64,000 nucleotides of DNA from an uncultured Pseudomonadales bacterium (GCA_964635905.1 CAZWPK010000004.1:25012-89011); one strand, 5' to 3'. Counted from the stretch's first letter, positions 36,019-46,350 are shown. The notes: a model not told the origin generated them from the sequence alone. Program-made: numbers and translations.

Positions 36019-36990
36019 ATGAAACGAACACCAATCTTGATAGGGGTATTCCTTTTTCTGGGGCTAGTAGTCATTACTGGCGTTGGACTTGTAGCTTTTC
36101 TATTTTTTCCGAAAGCACGAACTGCACCAACCCAAAAAATCGTCATCAAAAAGGGAGACACCCTTTTTAAAGTTGCAGCGCAGTTGGAAGAGGCTGGAAT
36201 TGTTCGCACTGCTTGGGGGATCAAAGTGGCAGCCAAAATAGGAACAGCTCCAACCATTCATCCGGGAACCTATGAACTATCACCGTCCATGAGCCCACAA
36301 CAAATTCTTGATACATTATCGACAGAACCAGAAGAAGCATGGGTGACTTTTTTAGAGGGATTGAGAGTTGAAGAATACGCGCAGGAAATGGAAAAGAATT
36401 TTCCCGACACTTTTAATACGCAGGAATTTTTGACGTTGGCCAAAGCCAAAGAAGGAAGGTTATTTCCGGATACCTATTTATTAGAAAAAAATGTTTCCCC
36501 ACCAATGTTGATTTCATTGCTGTCCAATACGTTTGATAAACGCTATGCCCAAGCAGGTGAGGGTGGAATGGTTGATACAGTACTGACTCAACAGCAATTA
36601 GTTGTATTGGCGTCGTTGCTAGAACGTGAGGCAAGAGGTGAAGACTCAATGAAAATGGTTGCTGGAATTCTGTTAAACCGACTTCGTATTGGGATGCCTC
36701 TGCAAGTGGATGCAACGCTACAGTATGCCAAAGGATATGATCGTAAGGCAGAGACGTGGTGGTCTACACCCAAATCGGAAGACAAAGCCATTGATAGCCC
36801 GTTTAATACCTACAAAAACACAGGCTTACCTCCCAGTCCGATTTGTAATCCTGGGCTACTGGCACTAAAAGCTGCCCTCTCTCCCACAAAGTCCAATTAT
36901 TTGTATTACATTTCCGATACGAAAGGTGCGATGCATTACGCGACGACCTATCCTGAACATCAAAAAAATATTGAAACCTACTTAAAATGA
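36019..36990 (+). CDS. mltG: Endolytic murein transglycosylase MltG (YceG family)
   Basis: N-terminal TM, 'GTYELSPSMSPQQILDTL', 'LQVDATLQYAKG', 'YLYYISDTKGAMHYATTYPEHQKN' YceG signatures. Confidence 0.8.
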   Translation: MKRTPILIGVFLFLGLVVITGVGLVAFLFFPKARTAPTQKIVIKKGDTLFKVAAQLEEAGIVRTAWGIKVAAKIGTAPTIHPGTYELSPSMSPQQILDTLSTEPEEAWVTFLEGLRVEEYAQEMEKNFPDTFNTQEFLTLAKAKEGRLFPDTYLLEKNVSPPMLISLLSNTFDKRYAQAGEGGMVDTVLTQQQLVVLASLLEREARGEDSMKMVAGILLNRLRIGMPLQVDATLQYAKGYDRKAETWWSTPKSEDKAIDSPFNTYKNTGLPPSPICNPGLLALKAALSPTKSNYLYYISDTKGAMHYATTYPEHQKNIETYLK

Positions 36991-37214
36991 GCGACGCTTC
37001 AGAACCAATTTTTATCACTCCTAAAACAGATCTTGTTCTCCTGGAAGATCGCTATGGTCTAGACGCGCTTCGTGGGGCAATGGATGATCCGAAACTCCCT
37101 GCAGAGATTCAATCAATTGTAGCGTTCTACGTACTATCAACTTCGAGTGGAACAGAGTTGAAGCGAGCAGTTGTTTCTGAATATCCAGCTGGATGGAAAC
37201 AGAGACGTCAATAG
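36987..37214 (+). CDS. Small hypothetical protein
   Basis: 75 aa ORF ATGA-coupled to mltG; acidic, no motif. Confidence 0.3.
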   Translation: MSDASEPIFITPKTDLVLLEDRYGLDALRGAMDDPKLPAEIQSIVAFYVLSTSSGTELKRAVVSEYPAGWKQRRQ

Positions 37215-37285
37215 TTCTTAGAGAATGTATCTGTGATGGTAGACACAGGAAATATTCAGCTTCTAAGCGTACAATAGCATACGTG

Positions 37286-38851
37286 ATGATGCTTAAACTC
37301 TTGATTCCCGTATTGGCACTTCTTGGTCTACTTGATGCCGGGTACCTTACCTATGAAAAAATGATGGGAATCGTTCCTCCCTGCAGCCCATCCTTTGACT
37401 GTGAGACGGTATTGCAGAGTTCTTGGTCATCCATCGGACCCATTCCTGTCTCGGTGATGGGGATGCTTTACTATACTGTCATCTTGTTTTTGGGAAGCCT
37501 TCTTGTTCTGGATGTGAAAAACATTCCATTTCGAGGACGTGGTGTCTCCCTATTTCAGATCGTGCGATTCGTCTCTACTGTTGGCTTTTTAAGCTCAATG
37601 GGGTTTGTGTATCTGATGGCGGTTGTGATTCAAGCCTGGTGTCCCTATTGTGTAATCTCCGCTGGAATTAGTACGGTTCTCTTCCTGATTGTGTATCTCT
37701 TGTCGCGCAGTCGCACCCAAAGTACCCAAAGAGTCTCAGAGTATCCCTTAAATCTGGCATTCTTTGCTTTTGTCTATCAGGTTCTCTTAAAACCAATTTT
37801 ATTTCGGTTTAACCCGGAAACGATTCATCATCTCTTTGTTCGGTTTGGAAAAATACTCGGGATGACTCCAGCAACGCGGGCATTAACACGTTGGTGTTTT
37901 TCCTATCCCAATTCTGTCCCCATTGTTCTTGCTGGTATCGATTTCACAAACAAAGTTGGATTATCCGCAGGGTTTGACTATGATGCGGACCTTACGCAGA
38001 TTCTTCCGGACATCGGTTTTGGGTTTGCAACCCTGGGTACAGTGACATTGCACCCATATGAGGGGAACACCCGACCAATGCTCACGCGCTTTCCAGACTC
38101 AAAAGCGCTTTTGGTAAATAAAGGCTTTAAGTCCATCGGAGCCCCTGCGGTGATTGCGAAACTAGAAGGGCAGACCTTTCGAATTCCCATTGGTATTAGT
38201 ATCGGGAGCACCAATAAGATTTTTAACTCCTCCAAGGAACAGATCGATGATGTGGTAAAAACTTTTCGGCTGTTTGAAGCTTCCAGTGTTGCGCACTCCT
38301 ACTATGAATTGAATATCAGTTGTCCCAACACCAAAGGAGGACAACCCTTTACGGATGCGAAGCGCTTAGATGCACTGCTCAAAGCCTTACGAGTGCTCCA
38401 GATTCAAAAGCCCGTGTTCGTCAAACTTCCCATCGATCTTGCGGATGGCTTAAGTCGGGCGACTACCCATACACAGCTACTCTCCCTGGTAGACCGAATG
38501 TCAAAAGAACCCTGGATCGTTGGCCTCATCAGTGGCAATTTAACTAAAGATCATGAAAATACTTCCGTTTCCACTTCCGACCGCACACAATGGAAGCAAC
38601 GCAAAGGAGGAATTAGCGGGAAACCTACCTTTGAACGCTCTAATCTCCTTATTTCCGCACTCCGCAAACGCTTTAGGTCTCGTTTTCTTATTATTGGGAC
38701 AGGAGGGGTTTTTTCCGGCGAGGATGCGCTAACAAAGCTTTCATCGGGAGCGGACCTTGTGCAGTTAATTACAGGAATGATCTATCAAGGCCCGCAGGTA
38801 ATTGGAGATATTAATTGGGTCCTCTCGGGAAAAGACTCTAAAAAAAAGTGA
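37286..38851 (+). CDS. Fusion protein: N-terminal VKOR (vitamin K epoxide reductase/DsbB-like) membrane domain + C-terminal family-2-like dihydroorotate dehydrogenase (FMN TIM barrel)
   Basis: VKOR: loop Cys pair 'PPCSPSFDC', TM CXXC 'AWCPYCVISAG'. DHODH: 'LFRFNPETIHHLFVRF' (quinone-site helices), 'GIDFTNKVGLSAGFD', 'GFGFATLGTVTLHPYEGNTRPMLTRF', 'LVNKGFKSIG', 'ELNISCPNTKG', 'GGISGKP', 'IIGTGGVFSGEDA...LVQLITGMIYQGP' match E. coli PyrD block by block. Confidence 0.75.
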   Translation: MMLKLLIPVLALLGLLDAGYLTYEKMMGIVPPCSPSFDCETVLQSSWSSIGPIPVSVMGMLYYTVILFLGSLLVLDVKNIPFRGRGVSLFQIVRFVSTVGFLSSMGFVYLMAVVIQAWCPYCVISAGISTVLFLIVYLLSRSRTQSTQRVSEYPLNLAFFAFVYQVLLKPILFRFNPETIHHLFVRFGKILGMTPATRALTRWCFSYPNSVPIVLAGIDFTNKVGLSAGFDYDADLTQILPDIGFGFATLGTVTLHPYEGNTRPMLTRFPDSKALLVNKGFKSIGAPAVIAKLEGQTFRIPIGISIGSTNKIFNSSKEQIDDVVKTFRLFEASSVAHSYYELNISCPNTKGGQPFTDAKRLDALLKALRVLQIQKPVFVKLPIDLADGLSRATTHTQLLSLVDRMSKEPWIVGLISGNLTKDHENTSVSTSDRTQWKQRKGGISGKPTFERSNLLISALRKRFRSRFLIIGTGGVFSGEDALTKLSSGADLVQLITGMIYQGPQVIGDINWVLSGKDSKKK

Positions 38852-38889
38852 ACTGAATGGGATTTTTAGAGTCTAACTTGACGTCCCTC

Positions 38890-38918
38890 TTGCAACTTGA
38901 GAAGATCTCACCTATAAT
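38890..38918 (+). promoter_or_regulatory. sigma-A-type promoter (TTGCAA-17-TATAAT)
   Basis: -35 38890-38895, 17-nt spacer, -10 TATAAT 38913-38918. Confidence 0.5.
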
Positions 38919-39039
38919 CATAAGACTTTGGGCTAGAGGTCAGTGGTAAGAAAAACGTAATTTTTCCTAAAGAAACAACTTAACGCAAGAGAGAGACAAT
39001 GTTTTACATTGGGAGCTTCTAACGTACAAGAAAAAATAA

Positions 39040-39073
39040 ACAAGGCATGAACACAAGAGTGCCTTGTTTTTTG
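39040..39073 (+). terminator. Intrinsic terminator/attenuator hairpin 25 nt upstream of the rpoB start
   Basis: 8-bp stem acaaggca/tgccttgt, 12-nt loop, then TTTTTGTG. Confidence 0.55.
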
Positions 39074-39099
39074 TGTTCTCTATAGAGAGGTAACGCCGT

Positions 39100-42000
39100 A
39101 TGCAAACACTACGCCAATATTGGGGAAAACAAGACATCAAACTCCCGAAACTTGACCTTACACGTGTGCAACGTGAATCGTATGAATGGTTCCTCAAGGA
39201 AGGCATTCAAGAAGCCCTCAATGAAATTAATGCCGGTAATGGCATTGAAGACTTCACACGAAAGAACTGGAAGCTGGAATTTGGAGAATTTTCTTTAGGG
39301 AACCCTAAGATTTCTCCCGCAACCGCACGTCGTAAAGCCTTAACTTATGACATGCCGTTACGTGTCATGGCAACCTTGACGAATAAACAAACCGGTCAAC
39401 AAACTCGTCAAGAAGTCTTTTTAGGTGATATTCCTAAAATGACCCAAACGGGAACATTTATTATTAATGGTGTTGAACGTGCCGTCGTAAACCAGCTCGT
39501 TCGTGCTCCTGGAATTTTCTACTCCGCCGATATTGATCCCAACACGGGTCGCAGTCTGTATCATGCAGAACTTCGTCCCCTTCGTGGATCTTGGTTAGAA
39601 TTGTCGGTTGGTCGCGGAGATGTGATCACCGTCAAGATTGATAAACATCGAAAAATCGCAGTCACAACTCTCCTTCGAGCCTTAGGCTATGCCTCCAACG
39701 ATGATATCGTGGGTATGTTCTCCGATACGGATAAAAACCCCGATCATCAATACATTCAAGCAACGCTTGCCAAAGACACCACCGCAACGACTGCGGAAGC
39801 GTTGTTGGAAATCTACGAAAAAATGCGTCCTGGGGAACCAGCCGTCTTAGAGAATGCAACCGAACTGTTAAACGAACTGTTCTTTGATCCTCGTCGCTAT
39901 GACTTGGGCAAAGTTGGTCGGTACAAGATGAACCGACGACTCAAAGTGAATATTCCGAACGAAAAAGAGAACCATGTCTTGACCAAAGACGATATTATTG
40001 CCGCGATTAAATACTTAATTGGACTCCAGAATGGTCAAGGAAAAGTGGATGATATTGATCACCTCTCGAACCGTCGCGTCCGTCGAGTCGGTGAATTAGT
40101 GTTAACCAACGCCTTTAGAATTGGATTACTCCGGTTGGAACGTGCGATTCGTGAAAAAATGTCACTGTCCAAGACCGATGAATTATTGACACCAAGTTCA
40201 CTCGTCAACGCACGACCATTAATAGCGACAATTTCAGAATTCTTCCGACGAAATAGACTCTCTACCATTTTGGATCAAACCAATCCTCTTTCCGAAGTGG
40301 ATAACCTCCGTCGTTTGTCCGTGATGGGATCTGGTGGTGTGACCCGAGAACGTGCCAGTTTCTCCATGCGTGACATTAATGCCTCGCAATATTCTCGTAT
40401 TGACCCGGTCCGGTCTCCAGAAGGACAAAACATCGGATTGGTGACCTACATGTCCTTATATTCACGCGTTAATGACTATGGCTTTTTGGAAGCTCCGTAT
40501 CGTCAAGTGATTAAAGAAGAGAAAAATGGAAAAGTACTCATGCGTGTATCGGATGAGATCGTCTACATCGCTGCTGACGAAGAAGAAGATTACGTGATCA
40601 CCCACGCTGGAATTGATATCGATGCCAAAGGATACATTTCTGATGAATGGGTTCCATTTAGAACGGGAAACGAATTCTTAGAAGGATCTGTCGAACGTGT
40701 CCAACTGATTGACATCGTTCCACGCCAAGTCGTAGGAACCTCTGCCTCGTTGATTCCATTCGTGTCGCATGACGAAGCGATTCGTGCCTTGATGGGTACC
40801 CACATGCAATGTCAGGCTGTTCCACTCTTAAAGCCAAGTAGTCCGGTCGTCGGAACTGGGATGGAAGGCTCTGTTGCCGCAGCCATGGGACGTGTTGTCT
40901 ATGCTCGCCATGAAGGAACCGTTGACTTTGTTGATGGAAATAAAGTGGTCGTCACCTTAAATGACAGTGAAGTTACCGCCTTAAAGACCGAACAACTAGA
41001 AGAAAATGAATACGTGCATGTTGAAGGTAAAAAAGAAATTTATTCTATTGTGAAGTTTTACCGTACCGCTCAGAGTACCTGTTACTCTCAAAAACCAATG
41101 GTAACGGTAGGTCAAAAAGTACAACGTGGAGACATCCTCATTGATGGACCATCGTCACAAGGTGGAGAACTTGCATTAGGACAAAACCTACTGATTGCCT
41201 ATACTTCCTATGAAGGATTAGGTTACGAAGACGCGATCATTATTTCAGATCGATTAGTGAAGCAAGATTTGCTCACATCCATTCATATTAATGAGTATGA
41301 ATGCCAAGTGATGGATACAAAACTTGGGCCTGAAGAGCTGACTGCTGATATTCCCAACGTTTCTGACATCGAGCGACGTAACTTAACCACAGACGGAATT
41401 GTGGCAATTGGAAGTGAAGTCAGTCCAAACGATATTTTGGTGGGAAAGATTGCACCTAAAGGTGAAACTGAATTGACCGCTGAAGAACGATTACTTCGTG
41501 CTATTTTCGGAGAGAAAGCTCGAGAAGTCCGTGATACCTCGCTGCGTATGCCACATGGTGAATCCGGAACGGTGATTGATGTCAAAATCTTGGATCGAGA
41601 AAAAGGTGATGAATTAGATCCAGGGGTCAACAAAGTCGTGACGGTCAAAGTTGCCATTATTCGTAAGGTAACGGTCGGAGACAAGCTTGCGGGACGACAC
41701 GGGAACAAAGGTGTGATCAGTAAGATTGTTCCTCAAGAAGATCTTCCATACTTAGAAGATGGAACACCTGTCGACATTATTATTTCTCCATTGTCCGTGC
41801 TTGCCCGTATGAACTTAGGTCAGCTCTTGGAAGCACATTTGGGCTGGGCAGCAGAAAAGTTGGGTTACAAAGTGGCAGTCCCCGTCTTCGAGGAAGTCTC
41901 TGAAGACAAGATTACCTCCGAGATGACAAAAGCAGGCCTTCCAGTTTCTGGAAAAGTACGCTTGTATGACGGAAAAACTGGAGAATCGTACAGTGAAGAC

Positions 42001-42570
42001 TCCGTGGTCGGTGTCGGATATATCTTGAAACTCATTCACATGGTGGATGACAAGATGCATGCTCGATCAACCGGACCATACTCTTTAGTTACGCAACAAC
42101 CATTAGGAGGAAAAGCTCAAATGGGTGGACAGCGACTAGGAGAAATGGAAGTTTGGGCCTTAGAAGCACATAAGGCAGCCTATACCTTACAAGAAATGTT
42201 GACGATTAAATCGGATGACGTGTTCGGTCGAACCAAAGCTTTCGAGGCAATCGTGACCGATCAAGTGATTCCAGCAAGTTCAATTCCAGAATCATTTAAG
42301 GTCTTGATGCGAGAACTCAATTCGTTGGGACTCGATGTCGTCATGATGGAACCAGAAATCGTTGAAACCAAAGAGGACGTAGGAACCAAGGAAAACTTGA
42401 CCGATGCCAGTGGCCAAACGGTAGTGGCAGATGATCCGAGCATGATCTCAGATGCTCCGAGTGAGGATGCGGGTGGTGTAGTAACGGGAGAAGAAGATAA
42501 CTTTGAACAAGCCCAAGAAGTAGAGGACGACCGAGAACCGTCTGCAGAAGATTTGGCCGAGGAAGTCTAA
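39100..42570 (+). CDS. rpoB: DNA-directed RNA polymerase subunit beta
   Basis: 1156 aa; 'GTFIINGVERAVVNQLVRAPG', 'NRRVRRVGELV', 'GGQRLGEMEVWALEA'; acidic C-terminal tail. Confidence 0.95.
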   Translation: MQTLRQYWGKQDIKLPKLDLTRVQRESYEWFLKEGIQEALNEINAGNGIEDFTRKNWKLEFGEFSLGNPKISPATARRKALTYDMPLRVMATLTNKQTGQQTRQEVFLGDIPKMTQTGTFIINGVERAVVNQLVRAPGIFYSADIDPNTGRSLYHAELRPLRGSWLELSVGRGDVITVKIDKHRKIAVTTLLRALGYASNDDIVGMFSDTDKNPDHQYIQATLAKDTTATTAEALLEIYEKMRPGEPAVLENATELLNELFFDPRRYDLGKVGRYKMNRRLKVNIPNEKENHVLTKDDIIAAIKYLIGLQNGQGKVDDIDHLSNRRVRRVGELVLTNAFRIGLLRLERAIREKMSLSKTDELLTPSSLVNARPLIATISEFFRRNRLSTILDQTNPLSEVDNLRRLSVMGSGGVTRERASFSMRDINASQYSRIDPVRSPEGQNIGLVTYMSLYSRVNDYGFLEAPYRQVIKEEKNGKVLMRVSDEIVYIAADEEEDYVITHAGIDIDAKGYISDEWVPFRTGNEFLEGSVERVQLIDIVPRQVVGTSASLIPFVSHDEAIRALMGTHMQCQAVPLLKPSSPVVGTGMEGSVAAAMGRVVYARHEGTVDFVDGNKVVVTLNDSEVTALKTEQLEENEYVHVEGKKEIYSIVKFYRTAQSTCYSQKPMVTVGQKVQRGDILIDGPSSQGGELALGQNLLIAYTSYEGLGYEDAIIISDRLVKQDLLTSIHINEYECQVMDTKLGPEELTADIPNVSDIERRNLTTDGIVAIGSEVSPNDILVGKIAPKGETELTAEERLLRAIFGEKAREVRDTSLRMPHGESGTVIDVKILDREKGDELDPGVNKVVTVKVAIIRKVTVGDKLAGRHGNKGVISKIVPQEDLPYLEDGTPVDIIISPLSVLARMNLGQLLEAHLGWAAEKLGYKVAVPVFEEVSEDKITSEMTKAGLPVSGKVRLYDGKTGESYSEDSVVGVGYILKLIHMVDDKMHARSTGPYSLVTQQPLGGKAQMGGQRLGEMEVWALEAHKAAYTLQEMLTIKSDDVFGRTKAFEAIVTDQVIPASSIPESFKVLMRELNSLGLDVVMMEPEIVETKEDVGTKENLTDASGQTVVADDPSMISDAPSEDAGGVVTGEEDNFEQAQEVEDDREPSAEDLAEEV

Positions 42571-42579
42571 AGGAGAACT

Positions 42580-45500
42580 ATGAAACAAGTTGTCGATTTT
42601 TCCGCTCTAAAAATACAGCTCGCCTCACCGGATTCGATTCGTTCCTGGTCCCATGGTCACGTGACGAAACCAGAAACGATTAACTATCGAACCTTAAAAC
42701 CAGAGAAAAGTGGGTTGTTTGCCGAAGAAATTTTCGGACCAACCAAAGACTGGGAATGTTACTGTGGAAAGTACAAACGCAGTCGCTATAAGGGAATCAT
42801 CTGTGATAAATGTGGAGTTGAAGTCACGCAAAGTCGTGTTCGACGTGAACGCATGGGTCATATTGATCTTGCAACCCACGTTGCCCACATTTGGTTCTTC
42901 AAAGGTGCTCCGAGTAAGCTCTCTCTGTTATTGGACATTTCTCCTCGTAACCTATCTTCGATCGTGTACTTTAGTCAATACATTGTCTTAGCAGTCGATG
43001 AAGAAGAACGTACCAAAATCTTAGAGCAATTAGATTTGGATTGTGCTCAAGCATTGGAGAAACTCAAAGAAGAGACGTCGGTGAAGATGGAAGAGATCAA
43101 AGAAAAGTTAACCGAACAAAAATCCACGATCAAGGATCGTGTCAAAGGTAAAGAATCCCAGGAACTCAAGAAAGAGGAGCTGGATCTTCGAGCCAAGCAG
43201 CAAATTGCTACCCTCAAAGATGATTTGGATGTTGCCACCGCGCAAACAGAAGAAGTCTATAAGACCATCAAGGAAATGGTAAAACGCTTTAAACCGCGAA
43301 CCATTTTAACGGAAGATGAATATTTAAAGCTCGACGAATACAATGCGGCAAGTCACTTGCGTGTGAGTATGGGTGCCGAGAGCTTGCTCGAAGTCATTCG
43401 ATCCATTGATTTGGAAAAATTGACAGGAGAATTGGTCGAAGAGGTTCGAGTTGCTCAAGGACAGAAGCGCGTAAAGGCGACCAAACGTCTGCGTGTTGTT
43501 GAAGGATTTCGAAAATCTTCCATTAAGCCCGAATGGATGCTCCTGAAAGTATTGCCAGTCATCCCTCCAGATCTGCGTCCAATGGTGCAGCTCTCTGGTG
43601 GTCGATTTGCAACCTCTGACCTAAACGATCTCTATCGTCGTGTCATTAACCGCAACAACCGTCTGAAACACTTAATGGACTTAGGGGCTCCTGAAATTAT
43701 TTTGCGTAACGAAAAACGCATGTTGCAAGAAGCGGTTGACGCTTTAATTGATTCCTCACAGACAAAAGTAACGCGACGTCGAACCATGAAGAAGCCATTG
43801 CGTTCATTGTCTGAAATGCTGCGTGGTAAACAAGGACGTTTCCGACAGAACCTCTTAGGTAAGCGTGTGGACTATTCTGGTCGTTCCGTTATCGTTGTCG
43901 GCCCTGAATTAAACTTAAACCAATGTGGTCTTCCAAAAGACATGGCATTGGAAATGTTTAGACCCCATGTACTGCGTGAGTTAATCAAGCAGGGAATTGC
44001 CCCCAACTTAAAGAGTGCCAAGCATGCCTTAGAGCGACGCTCTCCAGAAGTGTTCGATATTTTGGAACGCATCATTGAAAACTATCCGGTTTTGTTAAAC
44101 CGTGCTCCAACATTACACAAGTTGGGTATCCAATCGTTTTATCCTGTCTTAATCGAAGGAAACGCGATTCGACTCCATCCCTGTGTCTGTGCGGGATACA
44201 ACGCGGACTTTGACGGAGACCAGATGGCTGTTCATGTGCCGTTAACCGAACAAGCCAAAGAAGAAGCTCGAAGTTTGATGATGGCCCACCACAACTTGTT
44301 AAAACCAGCAGATGGATCTCCAATCACGGTTCCAAACAAGGAAATGGCAATGGGAGCCTACTACATGACCTCCATTGATGAGTCTCGACCCATGTCCCCG
44401 ACAATCTTTGCCTCCGCTCTGGAAGCCGAACGAGCATTGCAATCCGGGAAAATTTCTCAACGACAGCATATCAAAGTGCGCTTAACAATTGCAGGGAAAA
44501 CCTCGATTGTTGAAACCACTGTCGGACGAATTCAGTTCAATGCTGTCTTGCCTGAATTCTTGCAATTCATTAATGCGCCAGTAACTGCCAGTGCGATCAA
44601 AGAGCTTACCCGCAAGGCAATTGCAACCCTCTCTTCGGAAGAAGTGATGAAGCTGATTGACTCTATAAAGAATCTTGGCTTTGCTGCTGCTACCTATTCC
44701 GGTCTATCTGTTGCTGTCTCGGACTGTCAGATGATTGCCGAAAAGGATGGGATTATCATTGGGGCGAACAAACGAGCGGAAGAAATTGAAGATTCGTATG
44801 CGCAAGGACTGATTACCTTGGACGAGAAACGACGTCTTACCCAGCAAGTTTGGTTAGAGACCACCGATGAAATTGCTGAAAAGACCTGGGCAGCACTGCG
44901 TGATGACAACGCCGTTAAGATCATGATCAACTCTGGAGGAACACGTGCCAGTAAGGATCAGGTCAAACAGCTGGGAGCAATGCGTGGACTCGTCGTCGAC
45001 CCCTTAGGGAAAATCGTGGACATGCCAACAAAGAGTAACTTTAGAGAAGGTCTATCGATCTTCGAATACGTGACCTCTGCGCGTGGATCACGAAAAGGAT
45101 TAACCGACTCTGCGTTAAAGACCGCAGACGCCGGATACCTTACTCGACGTTTGGTTGACGTAGCCCACGAAGCGATTATTCGCATGGAAGACTGTGCAAC
45201 CACCAACGGAATCGAAATTGAACGCGCAGGAACTCGAGAAAGAGTGTTCAAACTTCGTATTGCCGGACGAATCCTTCTTGCCGATGCCGTTGACTCAAAA
45301 GGGAAGATCATCGTGGCTGCAGGTGAATTGATTGATGAAGAAAAGTCCAATGCCATTGAGGCCTCGGATGTCGCTGTTGTCAGTGTTCGTTCTCCATTAA
45401 CGTGTGCCGCACGAGTGGGAATGTGTTCTAAGTGTTATGGTTGGGATTTCTCAACTAAACAATTAGTTTCACTCGGAACCCCAGTCGGAGTCGTGGCAGC

Positions 45501-46275
45501 CCAAAGTATCGGTGAACCTGGTACACAGCTAACCATGCGGGTGAAGCACACTGGAGGTATCGTCGGACTTGACGTGACCCAAGGTCTCCCACGTGTGGAA
45601 GAGTTGTTTGAAGCACGCGTGCCAAAGAGTGTCTCTCCAATTTCGCAAGTTTCAGGTAAAGTTGCCGTTGAAGAAACAGAAGTCGGACGCTTGGTCAAGA
45701 TTGTCAATCCAAATAACGATGATGATGTGGTGGAATATTCCATTCCAATCACCAGCGTCTTGGCAGTCGAAGCAGGGCAGATGATTGCAGCCGGAACCCA
45801 GCTTGCCCATGGTCCATTGGATATCAAAGAAGTCTTAGATATTCGAGGAATGCGCGCCGCTCAAACCTATTTGATTGAAGAAATTCAAAAGGTCTATGAG
45901 GGACAGGGAATTCCAATTAATGACCGACACTTTGAAGTGATTGTCAAGAAAATGAGTGACAAACTTCGAATTGAAAGTTCTGGAAACACCGCGTTCTTAC
46001 CTGGTGAGATCATTGAGAAGTCACGCTTCTATGAAGAAAATCAATCCGTGTTGGCTCAGGGTGGAGAACCATCTACTGCGCAGGTCATGATCCTAGGAAT
46101 CACACGATCCTCATTGTTTACCGAGTCATGGCTATCTGCTGCCTCTTTCATGGAGACAACGCATATCCTTACGGACTCTGCATCCGAAGGTCGTATCGAT
46201 CAACTGGTCGGATTAAAGGAAAACGTCATTATCGGACGATTGATCCCAACCAGTCCAGATCGAGCCGCAGTGTAA
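42580..46275 (+). CDS. rpoC: DNA-directed RNA polymerase subunit beta'
   Basis: 1231 aa; zinc finger 'CYCGKYKRSRYKGIICDKCGVEV', catalytic 'NADFDGDQMAVHVP', 'GLKENVIIGRLIP'. Confidence 0.95.
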   Translation: MKQVVDFSALKIQLASPDSIRSWSHGHVTKPETINYRTLKPEKSGLFAEEIFGPTKDWECYCGKYKRSRYKGIICDKCGVEVTQSRVRRERMGHIDLATHVAHIWFFKGAPSKLSLLLDISPRNLSSIVYFSQYIVLAVDEEERTKILEQLDLDCAQALEKLKEETSVKMEEIKEKLTEQKSTIKDRVKGKESQELKKEELDLRAKQQIATLKDDLDVATAQTEEVYKTIKEMVKRFKPRTILTEDEYLKLDEYNAASHLRVSMGAESLLEVIRSIDLEKLTGELVEEVRVAQGQKRVKATKRLRVVEGFRKSSIKPEWMLLKVLPVIPPDLRPMVQLSGGRFATSDLNDLYRRVINRNNRLKHLMDLGAPEIILRNEKRMLQEAVDALIDSSQTKVTRRRTMKKPLRSLSEMLRGKQGRFRQNLLGKRVDYSGRSVIVVGPELNLNQCGLPKDMALEMFRPHVLRELIKQGIAPNLKSAKHALERRSPEVFDILERIIENYPVLLNRAPTLHKLGIQSFYPVLIEGNAIRLHPCVCAGYNADFDGDQMAVHVPLTEQAKEEARSLMMAHHNLLKPADGSPITVPNKEMAMGAYYMTSIDESRPMSPTIFASALEAERALQSGKISQRQHIKVRLTIAGKTSIVETTVGRIQFNAVLPEFLQFINAPVTASAIKELTRKAIATLSSEEVMKLIDSIKNLGFAAATYSGLSVAVSDCQMIAEKDGIIIGANKRAEEIEDSYAQGLITLDEKRRLTQQVWLETTDEIAEKTWAALRDDNAVKIMINSGGTRASKDQVKQLGAMRGLVVDPLGKIVDMPTKSNFREGLSIFEYVTSARGSRKGLTDSALKTADAGYLTRRLVDVAHEAIIRMEDCATTNGIEIERAGTRERVFKLRIAGRILLADAVDSKGKIIVAAGELIDEEKSNAIEASDVAVVSVRSPLTCAARVGMCSKCYGWDFSTKQLVSLGTPVGVVAAQSIGEPGTQLTMRVKHTGGIVGLDVTQGLPRVEELFEARVPKSVSPISQVSGKVAVEETEVGRLVKIVNPNNDDDVVEYSIPITSVLAVEAGQMIAAGTQLAHGPLDIKEVLDIRGMRAAQTYLIEEIQKVYEGQGIPINDRHFEVIVKKMSDKLRIESSGNTAFLPGEIIEKSRFYEENQSVLAQGGEPSTAQVMILGITRSSLFTESWLSAASFMETTHILTDSASEGRIDQLVGLKENVIIGRLIPTSPDRAAV

Positions 46276-46295
46276 TACTAGAGTGAACATCAAAA

Positions 46296-46334
46296 AAGGG
46301 ACCCCAACGATAGTAGTTCGAGGGTCCCTTTTGG
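46296..46334 (+). terminator. Rho-independent terminator after rpoC
   Basis: gggaccc...gggtccc stem followed by TTTTGG. Confidence 0.6.
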
Positions 46335-46350
46335 TATTGTAACCAGCCTT

